DNA from: Amphiscolops sp. MND2022
Lineage: Eukaryota
DNA length: 64,000 nt
NCBI GenBank assembly: GCA_964187785.1
Contig: OZ076409.1
Location: 93,126,001 to 93,190,000 of the forward strand
Direction: 5' to 3'
Part shown: piece by piece, positions 1-10,407 of the stretch
How positions within the stretch are numbered: position 1 is the first letter of the stretch
Layout: every line of letters begins with the position of its first letter
Translations under genes and position numbers: made by a program
The notes under the pieces: generated by a model
What the model was told of the DNA's origin: nothing
The model's input: only the letters and a program-made list of their open reading frames with translations
Databases searched by the model: none

Positions 1-1040
1 AAAATTTATCAAAAAATATTTACTGGATCACTGATATTTTCTCAAAAATTAGCAGTTTTAAATATTTTCCCCCCAAAATCACATGTTTCTAACTTCGGAA
101 ACAATGATGGTTGAATTTTCAAACAAAAATTATTGTATTCATAGCAAAAATTCAAGAAACTTTTGTTTTTACCAAATCGAACCATGTTGAATAGTTTTGG
201 AGATATGAGACTGCAAAATTAGCCTTTTTGAGCAACTGAGTCGCATTCCTTCTTCACGCCACTGTATTTGTTTCCTCGAAACACATACTGATTTCACTTG
301 TCTCTTTAAAACACGAGTGTTGAAAGAGCTTTATTTCACCACGTAACACTGCTCGTAAATCCGAAATCTGTGACCATCGAATGTATCTATTGCCTATTGT
401 ATTCGGACCATTAGAGCCAATCCTCTTGTGAACACCTCGAAGTGTGAAAATTCTAGATTTTAGCAACCATTTCTTTTCCCCTCCTACGTGTTTCAAGGCG
501 TCAGGTGGTTGCTTTATGGCTTTGTTTGCCCGTCCTGTCTAGCAAATACAGACTAGGGTGAATATTCAAGAGTGCCCCAACGTTAGTACACTGAGAAGAA
601 AATGCCTTTTTAGCACTTCAAGGCTCTATTCCGTGTATCAGTTCCCATCCCTTAAGCTCCGCCTCTGCTTCGTTTTCGAAGCTGGTCGTTACAATATTTC
701 GTACTCTTTCGATGCTTGAAACTAAGAGCATTGTTGACTTGAAGAACAACACTTATAAACTTCCACAGCAGATTTGCGTGCAGAAGTGTTTTTAAAAACA
801 TATGATCTTCAGAAGAAGAAAGGTTATTTTCCCAATTCCGCGGTATGGACGCCGCCAAATAAGCAGACCTGTGTTTCCGAGTCGGCGCCTTTTCCGATAC
901 TAGGATACTACTTAGTGTATACTTATAGGAAACTCGTCCAAGAAACAACAAAACAATTAGACTTAATTTGGAAAGATTTCACTTGAAAAACTTCCAGAAA
1001 AACTAGCCGCCAAGAGCTCGCCGGCAATAGGTATATATGT

Positions 1041-2400
1041 AACCAGAGCCGCATATGCGGTAAAGGAGTCGGCTTAGGTCTTTTTCCTTCTCGCTCCAAT
1101 CCCAGTCATACGAATTTATTGAAATTGCACAAATATGACCATACTATAGTGTAGAAAATGACGTAGAAATTTTCGTTCGAATCGTATGGACAGTTTTTGC
1201 AAAAATGAAAAGTCGAAAAATGGCTGTTTTTTGGCCATTTTTGGCTTAATTTTGGCTATGTTTCTCACATCCCAGCAATACGAGTTCGATGAAATTGCCC
1301 ACAAAGGACCAAAATATGGTTTAAAATGACTATAGAAAATTTCGTTCGAATCGTATGGACAGTTTTTGAGAAAATCGAAAAATATCGAAAAATGACTGTT
1401 TTTCGGCCATTTTTGGGGTAATTTTGGCTATGATTCTCACATCGCAGCCATATGAACTTGATGAAATTACACACAAAGGACCGTAAGATGGTGTAGAATG
1501 ACTGTAGAAAATTTTGTCCGAATCGTATGGACGATTTTTTGAGAAAATTGAAAAAAGTCAAAAAGTCGAAAAATTGCTGTTTTTTGGCCATTTTGGGCTA
1601 ATTTTGGCTATGTTTTTCGTCCCAGTCATACGATTTTGATGCCTTTGCGCAAACAGGGGCCCCTTTGGGTGTAGAACGACTGTGAAAAATTTTATCGTAT
1701 GGGCAGTTTTTGAGAAATTTGAAATTTTCATGAAACGGTCTGGAGAAAAACCAGAGCCGCATATGCGGTAAAGGAGTCGGCGTAGGTCTTTTTCCTTCTG
1801 ACTCGCTCCAATCCCAGTTATACGAATTTATCGAAATTGCACACATAGAACCATATTATGGTGTAGAAAATGACTGTAGAAATTTTCGTTCGATTCGTAT
1901 GGACAGTTTTTGCAAAAATCAAGAAAAGTAGAAAAATGGCTGTTTGTTGGCCACTTTGGGTTAGTTTTGGCTATGTTTCTCATATCCCAGCCATACGAAT
2001 TGAATGAAATTGCACATAAAGGACCATAATATGGTGTAGATTGACTATAGAAAATTTCGTTCGAATCGTATGGACAGTTTTTGAGAAAATCGAAAAATAT
2101 CGAAAAATGACTGTTTTTCGGCCATTTTTGGGGTAATTTTGGCTATGATTCTCACATCGCAGCCATATGAACTTGATGAAATTACACACAAAGGACCGTA
2201 ATATGGTGTAGAATGACTTTAGAAAATTTTGTCCGAATCGTATGGACGATTTTTGAGAAATTTGAAATTTTCATGAAAAGGTCAGGAGAAAAAAAATCGA
2301 CACGATTGGACAAGTAATCGAAATTTTTTTCCGACTCCTAAAAAACAAAAAATAACGACACGATTGCATAAGTAGTCGAAAATGTTTTCCGACTCCTAAA
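1041..2400 (-). mobile_element. Two nested non-autonomous Helentron/DINE-1-like (HINE) elements, family A, with internal ~170-bp tandem repeats
   Basis: On the minus strand each copy starts TTAGGAGTCGG..TTCGACTACTTA and ends CCGACTCCTTTA + hairpin CCGCATATGCGG + CTCTGGTT. The inner copy (~1749-2342) sits in an A-run of the outer copy. Confidence 0.75.
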
Positions 2401-2643
2401 AAGAGGAAGGAATTTTATTGAAAGTTTTCTGCTTCTTCGGTTGTATCATCGAAACTCGTATAAAACAATGGTATGGCATTAACGAAAAAAAGGCATAGCC
2501 TCTCTTGACTAGTTACAATAATAGGATAAGTAACCGATAGGGCAAAAACGGAAACCGATCAAATCAGAAGCACGATTAAAGGCCAGAAAAAAACTAAAAA
2601 AGCAAACTCTTTTGAACTCTTGCTTTACCCGTATACTTAAATT

Positions 2644-3300
2644 CAAGTCGGCCCAAGTCGGCGCCATATCCAAGGCTCAAAAATAGCAAAAAGACTTCCA
2701 AGTGTCAAGTATTCTTTTACAGTAGTCGAAAATCGAAAATTTTTCGAAAATTTTTTTTTTGAAAAAATTACGTACTAAAAAATGGACCGAGTGGCGCGCC
2801 GGGGCTCGCGCGCTAACGTCTCACAATGCCGAAAAACTGAAAGGGGGACGCTTTGAGGTTTTTCAACATCCATTCTGTCGCAAAACATGAAAAAATTGAA
2901 GAAAAAAATTTTTTATTTTCGGGAAAAAATCTCACAATGCCGAAAAAAACTGAAAGGAGGAACCCTTTGGGATTTTCCAACATCCATTCTGTCGCAAACA
3001 TCAAAAAAGTGCAGGGGGACCCTTTGAGGGAAAAAAATTCGAAAAAAAATCCGAAAAAAATGTCTCGCAGTGCCGAAAAAAAAATTGAAAGGGGGGACTC
3101 TTTGGTCTCGCCCGGTATGGTATGTTACGCGGAAAAACAGGTAAAACCATTTTGGTCCAGTTTGCTAGGCCAAATGGTGCAATTTGACACCATAATATTT
3201 TGTAGAACTTTTAGGAACTATTTTGGTCAGTTCGTGTGGATAGAAAAAAAAAGAGTCACTATAATAGTCGCGTTTCACTTCATGAAGCGCCGACTAAAAA
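2644..3300 (-). mobile_element. HINE-like element, family B (3' hairpin truncated)
   Basis: Minus-strand 5' end TTTTTAGTCGGCGCTTCATGAAGTGAAACGCGACTA and inverted subterminal GGCGCCGACT near the other end; internal short repeats. Confidence 0.65.
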
Positions 3301-3316
3301 ACATGTAGTTTAAGTA

Positions 3317-3750
3317 ACAAGCTACTGGGACCGGCCCAAGTCAATGGCACATCTAAGGCTCAAAAATATCAAAGGGACTTCAAAGTGTCAAAGTATTCTC
3401 TTCTAGAGCACCCGAAAAACTCAAAAGTTGGACCAAAATGGCGCGCGGGGGTTTTTCAACATCTACGCTATCGCACAACATTTGGAGGGGGAACCTCTTG
3501 GCGAAAAAATTGAAAAGTCTCACAATGCCGAAAAAACTGAAAGGGGGATCATTTTGTCTCTCCCGGTATTGTATGTTACGCGGAAAAAGAGGAAAAACCT
3601 TTTTGGTTCAATTCGCTAGGCCAAATGATTCCATTTGGGACCATAAAATTTCGTAGAACTTTCAAGAACTATTTTGGTCAGTTCGTGTGTATTGAGATAA
3701 AAAAGTCACTACAATAGTCGCGTTTCACTTCATGAAGCGCCAACTAAAAA
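3317..3750 (-). mobile_element. HINE-like element, family B (second copy)
   Basis: Degenerate versions of the 2644-3300 termini: gggaccggcccaagtc ... cgcgtttcacttcatgaagcgccaactaaaaa. Confidence 0.6.
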
Positions 3751-3959
3751 TGTGAAATGTTCGAAGAAGGACCATTCTTATGCTTATTGGTTTTTGAGCG
3801 AAAAGTAGTATTTTATAAACCCATTTAGGTCACTACAAAGAGATTGAAAATGGCCAACTAAAATGGTATGTTCCGTTCAAAACGGTCATAGCAAAGTAAT
3901 AGAGCGAAAAAAACAACGTGTTTATTTCGCAACAGAGCGCATGCCGAGAGTATTGAGTG

Positions 3960-4320
3960 CAGGGTTTTGACATCTCTAATTTCTTCCGCTAATCGCTAAA
4001 CCGCTAATTTGAAAATCGCTATTTCGCTGAAAAGCTTTTTCTGCAAACTATTAAATGTTTAGCTTCAACTATGTTTCAAATTAACTTATTCGGTTTTTGG
4101 AAGAAAAAAGACTAGAATTTTTTATACTGTGCGTGTTTTACAAGGGTAAGAGTTGGAATTTTTCCGAAATTCATTTTGAAACACCGTCTATACACAGAAG
4201 AAATTTTGAACTTGGAGGGTCTGTTAGTTACCGCTAATTTGAATCGCTAATGAAATCGCTGAAAAATTCCTGCGCGGCCGCTAATTCGCTAAATCGCTGA
4301 TTAGCGGTGTCAAAACTCTG
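3960..4320. mobile_element. hAT-type MITE (361 bp)
   Basis: TIRs CAGGGTTTTGACA / TGTCAAAACTCTG; 8-bp TSD ATTGAGTG at 3952-3959 and 4321-4328; subterminal CGCTAA motifs. Confidence 0.85.
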
Positions 4321-5640
4321 ATTGAGTGTTTGCCAAAACAATAGGCGCAGTGACACTGCGATGTTTTCCGTATAGTTTCACAACGACTTATTTAAAATTT
4401 CCCGTGGGTGACATTTCAGGATGAAGCTGAAACTTTTTCATTTCTGAAAACATCACATAAAACCATTTTTTGTGATTTTTTGCCCACACATTGTTGTTCG
4501 AAAAAATCGCACAGTGCTAAAACTACCCAAAATTTTGAGCATCATCAAAGAACATCAAAGCAGCGAGCCTCTAGTTAAAAAAAACTTAGGTCTTTTCCAT
4601 AATATTTGAAGAAGCTCCCATCAGTCCCACAGAACCGAAAAATTAATATAAAAGTCACCGCTAAGACACGGAAAATGGTCTTCCTCAACAGAAAATGTGA
4701 AACAGAATTGTGATTTTTTTCGAAAACAAGTCTTCAGTTAGTCGAACATTGCCGAAAAACCATAAACGGAACCGAATGCTCGTAGCAGGTTTCGTAAAAA
4801 TCAAACGGCTCCTCGACTTTAAACATTTCAGAAAAAAAAGCATAGTGTCAAAAAAAGCCTAATGAGGGACCTTTTGGTCCCACCCTTGAATTTCCAAGCT
4901 TTGAAAATTTTGTCCAACGCGGGACTCGAACTCATGTACAGGGATACAACCTCACTCACCATGCAGAGAAACTTGCCTTAGGCCCTAGGCTAAGTAGAAA
5001 GTATTTTCCGTACTATCTCCGGATTTGAGAAAATATTAACAAAAAGTCTCGGAACGATCAATATGATTCATTTTGAGTAGCATATTGCGACAGGGCTATA
5101 TTTGGTTGCCGTGGATGAATCAGAACAGCAAAAATGAACGCTTGGCAATAGGTCCAAAAAAGTAACTTTTCACTTCTCAGAAGAGAAATGATTTCTCAGA
5201 AAACGGCTCCATGTTGATCAGTTTCAACGTGGTTGTTTTTTATCTGGGACGAAAATGGAAGGTATTTGATGGACGATTTGGTTGAACAAACAAAAAATAA
5301 ATCAAATGTTTTTTTTTTCAATTTCCGGTCGAAAGGAGTGACAAAATCAAAAATAGGCAAAAAAAATTGGCGCACTTGATTCAATTTTCATATCATGAGC
5401 TTATGATTGGACTTGATTGAAAAGATTTTGAGAAGAGTACGATATTTAAATCTATCCACGCGTAAAAATTGTTTGATCAGACATTTCTCATAAGTAAGAT
5501 ACCATTACAAAATCCGTTTCATTTTCATCAATTTAGAGCAATAACCAAACAAAACTAGGGAAGAAACTCAAAAATTCTTTACTATAAGAGCATAGATTTA
5601 GGTCGAGGATAAGAAGTAACTGAGAAACGGAATAGATTAT

Positions 5641-5786
5641 TTTTTTCTAACTACTCTAGGAAAGCTTTGAAAATGAATGTGTTATTTGACGAACTAATCC
5701 AATTATTTGAATGTATTCAGATAATTGGATTAGTTCGTCGTATAACGCATTCGTTTTCAAAGATTTCCTAGAGTAGTTACAAAAAA
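5641..5786. repeat. ~140-bp imperfect palindrome, possibly a foldback MITE
   Basis: taactactctaggaaagctttgaaaatgaatg ... cattcgttttcaaagatttcctagagtagtta, centred near 5713. Mirrored at ~55222-55367. Confidence 0.75.
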
Positions 5787-7046
5787 GCTTATGAAATACA
5801 GCTAAAATCAGCTGTAATTCATAAGCTGTATTTGTCGGCACTGAAATCTTAAATACTGTCGTTTAGTTTAAAAAATGTCGTTTTGTCACAATAGGACCCA
5901 CTTCCTGTATTTGTGTCTCGCGTTTTTGTTATTGCTCTTTAGACATCTATTCTAACTGTCAATTGGCATTCAATTTTGTTTACCGTTGCAATTATTTTGC
6001 CTGATTGACTACTTATCGATTTTCCGGTATGCTGAATGCAACAAGCATCAATAAACTATCAACACTGGAGGTCTCCTGTTTTAATTTTTCATCCTCGCAA
6101 AAAAACAATTTAAAAAATTATATATTTTCTTGTAATGAGGCGCCGTGACGTCAGAATTACGAAGTAAAAGAAATTTTCATTAAATGATGTAATCAGTTTC
6201 ATCACATGGATTCGGGGATACAAAGAAATAGGAAATTGGTTGCTTTTTGGTATTATTCAGACTTGTATTAAATTTCTGATGAATCTGAAGAAAATGAAAG
6301 AATGATAAAGAATCAAAATAAATTGAAGTAGTCAGTTCCAATTCCGCTCTTGCTGTCACTGCCACAAAACCTGGGTATGCGGATGACTACAATCAGAAGA
6401 GAACTCGTCGCAAATAAAGGGTAGAAAACTGGTCAAAAAAATTACTCAAAGATTTATAATTAGGTGCAAATTCGTCAAAAAGTTACATTTCACCATACAG
6501 CTGTAAGTAACCCACCGCTTCTAACCCACCGCTAGAAAAGCGCTTCTTGAAAGTTTCATTGCAAAAACGGAACAAGTTTCAAAAACGAGAACGGAATTCC
6601 CACAAATTTCACTCATCGGAATAGTAATATTTGTGAATGAGTCACTGAAATACAGTAATGTGATTAAGAAATCATCAGGATAATTTTTCTTGAACTCGGT
6701 TGAAAACTTTGAAAAACATCAGAAGTAAAATGTTCTTCCAATTTACATTTCAATTTTTGAAAATTGCTGAAGCAAAAATAGAAAAAGTTAGAAAAAGCTG
6801 ATATTGAGCAACATTACATTGACTGTCAGTTAAAAGTTGCTCATTAGATTTTATCGCGGAAAAAAATTGCATTGAAATAGGGACCTTTTATAATATTTCA
6901 TCTTGTTCCAAGCGTGAATTTCTGCTATTTTGAACAATAATATCAAAAAATTACGGTTATTTTTTTACCTGAAGTGTCAAAACAGTTGTAGAGACAATCG
7001 TGTAAGTATCTATATTCATATAATATTCTCTGAGTAGTGAAATATA

Positions 7047-7624
7047 TTTTTTATTTTCCGACCCCATATTTTACAAATAGGGGAGGAAAATCATGATCTG
7101 TTTATTTTCCGACCCCATATTTTACAAATAGGGGAGAAAAATCATGATCTGTGTTGCGTTTTTTTTCCAAATTTTGCCAAAATTCCACTTTGTACTCCAC
7201 TTCCTGCTCACTCTCCCTACTCACTCTCCCTACTCACTCTCCCTACTCACTCTCCCTACTCACTCTCCCTACTCACTCTCCCTACTCACTCTCCCTACTC
7301 ACTCTCCCTACTCACTCTCCCTACTCACTCTCCCTACTCACTCTCCCTACTCACTCTCCCTACTCACTCTTCCTACTCACTCTCCCACCATAAAAGGTAA
7401 ACTCAGCCGCCAACTCCGCAAGTAAAAATGGGAATAAGATCTAAAGGGAATAAGATCTAAAATTCCAGGACGGGAATAAGATCTAAAGGGAAAAAGATCT
7501 AAAATCACTAAATTTTAGATCTTTTTCTTTAGATCCTATTCCCCTCCTAAAATAGCAATGGCTCAGTTGGTGAAGGCGAAAAGGGAGGAAAATATCCCGG
7601 TGCTTAGCGGGCGTCTTGTTCAAG
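7047..7624 (+). mobile_element. HINE-like element, family C, carrying a 13-bp minisatellite
   Basis: 5' stem TATTTTCCGACCCC..GGGGAGGAAAAT (duplicated in tandem here); 3' GGGAGGAAAATA + hairpin CCCGGTGCTTAGCGGG + CGTCTTGTT. Related copy at 32661-32988. Confidence 0.65.
7207..7388. repeat. Minisatellite (CTCACTCTCCCTA)n, ~14 units
   Basis: Direct tandem repeat; the mirrored array at ~53650-53817 is 13 bp (one unit) shorter. Confidence 0.97.
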
Positions 7625-9047
7625 AACAAAATGTGCTTTCGCCTTTGGGGGGGGGGGGGGTGGTTAATTCGCAACAAGGTGTACCTGGGGGGTGGGTGTA
7701 ATTGAACACATGGTCTGTAAAACGAATTTTTGCTTTCTATTACGAGCACATTTGTGGGAGATGCTTAAACGCAGCTGTTTTGACAACATCATTAAACAGA
7801 GAGGTCTCAACTTGATTAAAAAAAAGTATTCAAAGTACGCTGTAACGAGTTGATTTATAATGATAATTATCAAAATATCATATTATTAATTGCAAAATAC
7901 TACTTGATTCACATGCAGCTTAGTTCCATTGACCCTCTAGAAATATAAAACTTACCCACAGAAACAACCGAGGGGACAAATTAGGCAATAAAAATAGAAA
8001 TTTGTTTGTTAATTGGTTAATCAAGGCGAGACGCTTTTGACAAATTAAAATGTGGGCTGAAACAAACGAGGGGCGAAATGAGCGTGGGGTGAAATGAATT
8101 TTTGGGTGAAATGCTATGTGGTGAAATGAAAGCACTCACTTTTCTAGTTGTGCAGTTGCTTGAAGTGTCTAACCCTGTTTGCAGGGTTACTTTATTCAAA
8201 ACCTAGAATTTTCAGTACCATTCCGGCGATAAATCCTGAAGAATTACACAGCACTTTTCACTAGAGCAATCGAAGGGTACAGTGTAATAATTTCGCTCGC
8301 TTTACAGATCGATTACAGAATTATTAGTTTTTTCCTGACAAAACTTCAATAACTTGCAGAAACTTGCAATATCATTTTCGACGAGTTGCCTTTCATCACG
8401 TTTTCCTAGGTTTTCACAACTGAACTTGTCCAAAATATTTACAGTAATTTTGAGAAGTTGATGCAAAAAATGAAAGTTTGTCAGTTAAAAAACTCATACC
8501 TGCAGGTACACCTTGTTTGTATCCAAGACCTCCCCAAGACGAAAGCGCATTTTATTCTTCAAGAAAAATAGTTTAATAGTAAAAAACTTTATTTGGTTTG
8601 AAATACTTAGAGGATTGTCTCTTCAGCTGTTTTGATACTTCCAACAAAAAATGACCATATTTTTTTAATATTAAGGACCGTAAATAAACTAAATAATATT
8701 ATTTAATAGTAAATAAAATAACAATAGTAACCTGTAATTACCACCACAATTACCACCCGTAACAAGCTGAAATTATATAAAACAGCCTTTATTTCAAACC
8801 TAATTTTCTCCGCCATAAACTAAAATTTAAAATTAGCAACTTTTGATTGTGAGTCGATCGAAAAGATGGATTATGTCGACTTCAATTACTTTTTTGGACC
8901 GAAATGTCAACGCTAACGATGTCGACATAAGGTATTTGAACTTTGGTTAGCTTATTTTCCCCCGGAAACATGGTCCTGAAACTCTAAGCAAATGAATAAA
9001 CACTTCACAAAGACCCCCTTGATACTTTTCACCCGAATGTCACAATA

Positions 9048-9735
9048 AACCAGAGCCGCATATGCGGTAAAGGAGTCGGCTTAAGTCTTTTTCCTTTTGA
9101 CTCGCTTTCGTTCGAATCGTATGAACAGTTTGTGAGAAACTCGAAAAAATTGAAAAATGACTGTTTTTTTGGCCATTTTTGGGCTAAATTTGGCTATGTT
9201 TCTCACATCCCAGCCATACGAAGTTAATGAAATTGCACATAAAGGACCATAATATGGTGGAGAATGACTGTAGAAAATTTCGTTCGAATCGTATGGACAG
9301 TTTTTGAGAAAATCGAAAAAAATCGAAAAATGACTGTTTTTTGGCCATTTTTGGGCTAATTTTGGCTATGTTGCTCACATCCCAGCCATACGATTTTGAT
9401 GCCATTGCACAAATAGGACTCTAATATGGTATAGAATGACTGTAGAAAGTTTCGTTCGAATCGTATGGACAGTTTTTGAGAAAAGCGAAAAAAGTCGAAA
9501 AATGGCTGTTTTTTGGCCATTTTTGGGCTAATTTTGGCTATGTTTCTCACATCCCAGCCATACGATTTTGATGCCTTTGCACACGCAGGGGCCCCTTTGG
9601 GTATAGAATGACTCTGCAAAATTTCGTGGAAATCGTATGGACAGTTTTTGAGAAATTTGAAAGTTTCATGAAAAGGTCGGGAGAAAAAAAACAGCACGAT
9701 TGCATAAGTAGTCGAAAATTTTTTCCGACTCCTAA
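9048..9735 (-). mobile_element. HINE-like element, family A
   Basis: Same termini (aaccagagccgcatatgcggtaaaggagtcgg ... ccgactcctaa) and ~170-bp internal repeats. Confidence 0.75.
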
Positions 9736-10109
9736 CAAGTCAATTGTCTCAAAATAACACCTTTTTGATTTATTATTTCAACGAAAGTCACATCGCAAAA
9801 AGAGAAATCAGAACGTTTATGTTTTGAGAAAAGGGTAAATTTCGCTAAAATATTTTCTTTATAACCTGTCAATCACACAGTTTGGGCGATTGACCTACAA
9901 AATTCATTTAGGACCATATTTCTTTTCCCCCTCCCATGATTAAGTCTCCAGACAGTTTGAACGTTTGTAACTTTGTTTTTTTTTATTTTTGAGTCTTTTT
10001 GCTAAAAACAAGGAAATAAGAAACAGGAAGGTTCAAAATTATGTCGACATCGTTTGGAAAGGCCTTTCGGTCCAATCAAATATTTGATGACGACAATCAT
10101 AATAATCAT

Positions 10110-10348
10110 TGTGATATCATGCAGATATCATAACCTTCAAAACTATGAACCTAGACAGAGAGCATACTATTGTTGTTAAACATAAAACTCTAATTACTGT
10201 CAATTTGAGTTTACTACACTTTGTGTTGTACAATAGAGTATTGACCATTGTACTTGAGATTGATACTATAGATTAGTTGCTAAAGAAGATACGAATTTAT
10301 CGTCTTAGATAAAGAACCTTTTTACCGTGATAGACCGAGATTACAACA
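10110..10348 (+). repeat. Gypsy 5' LTR
   Basis: tgtgatatcatgc...gattacaaca; one mismatch seen against the 3' LTR. Confidence 0.96.
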
Positions 10349-10366
10349 TGGCGCAGTAGCAAGATT
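10349..10366 (+). promoter_or_regulatory. Primer-binding site, resembling a tRNA-Ser 3' complement
   Basis: TGGCGCAGTAGCAAGATT directly after the 5' LTR. The tRNA assignment is from recalled similarity only. Confidence 0.7.
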
Positions 10367-10407
10367 TACTTTTATCCGTAAATTCAATTTTAACCGACCA
10401 AATACCA

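Noticed and set aside
1041..2400. Regular repeats resembling a CRISPR array, and recurring ORFs such as MAKKQPFFDF
   Set aside because: The units are contiguous ~170-bp tandem repeats with no unique spacers and no cas genes. The ORFs are by-products of the repeat.
7144..7425. ORFs with LLTLPTHSPYSLS repeats
   Set aside because: Translation of the 13-bp minisatellite; the frame ends differ between arms.
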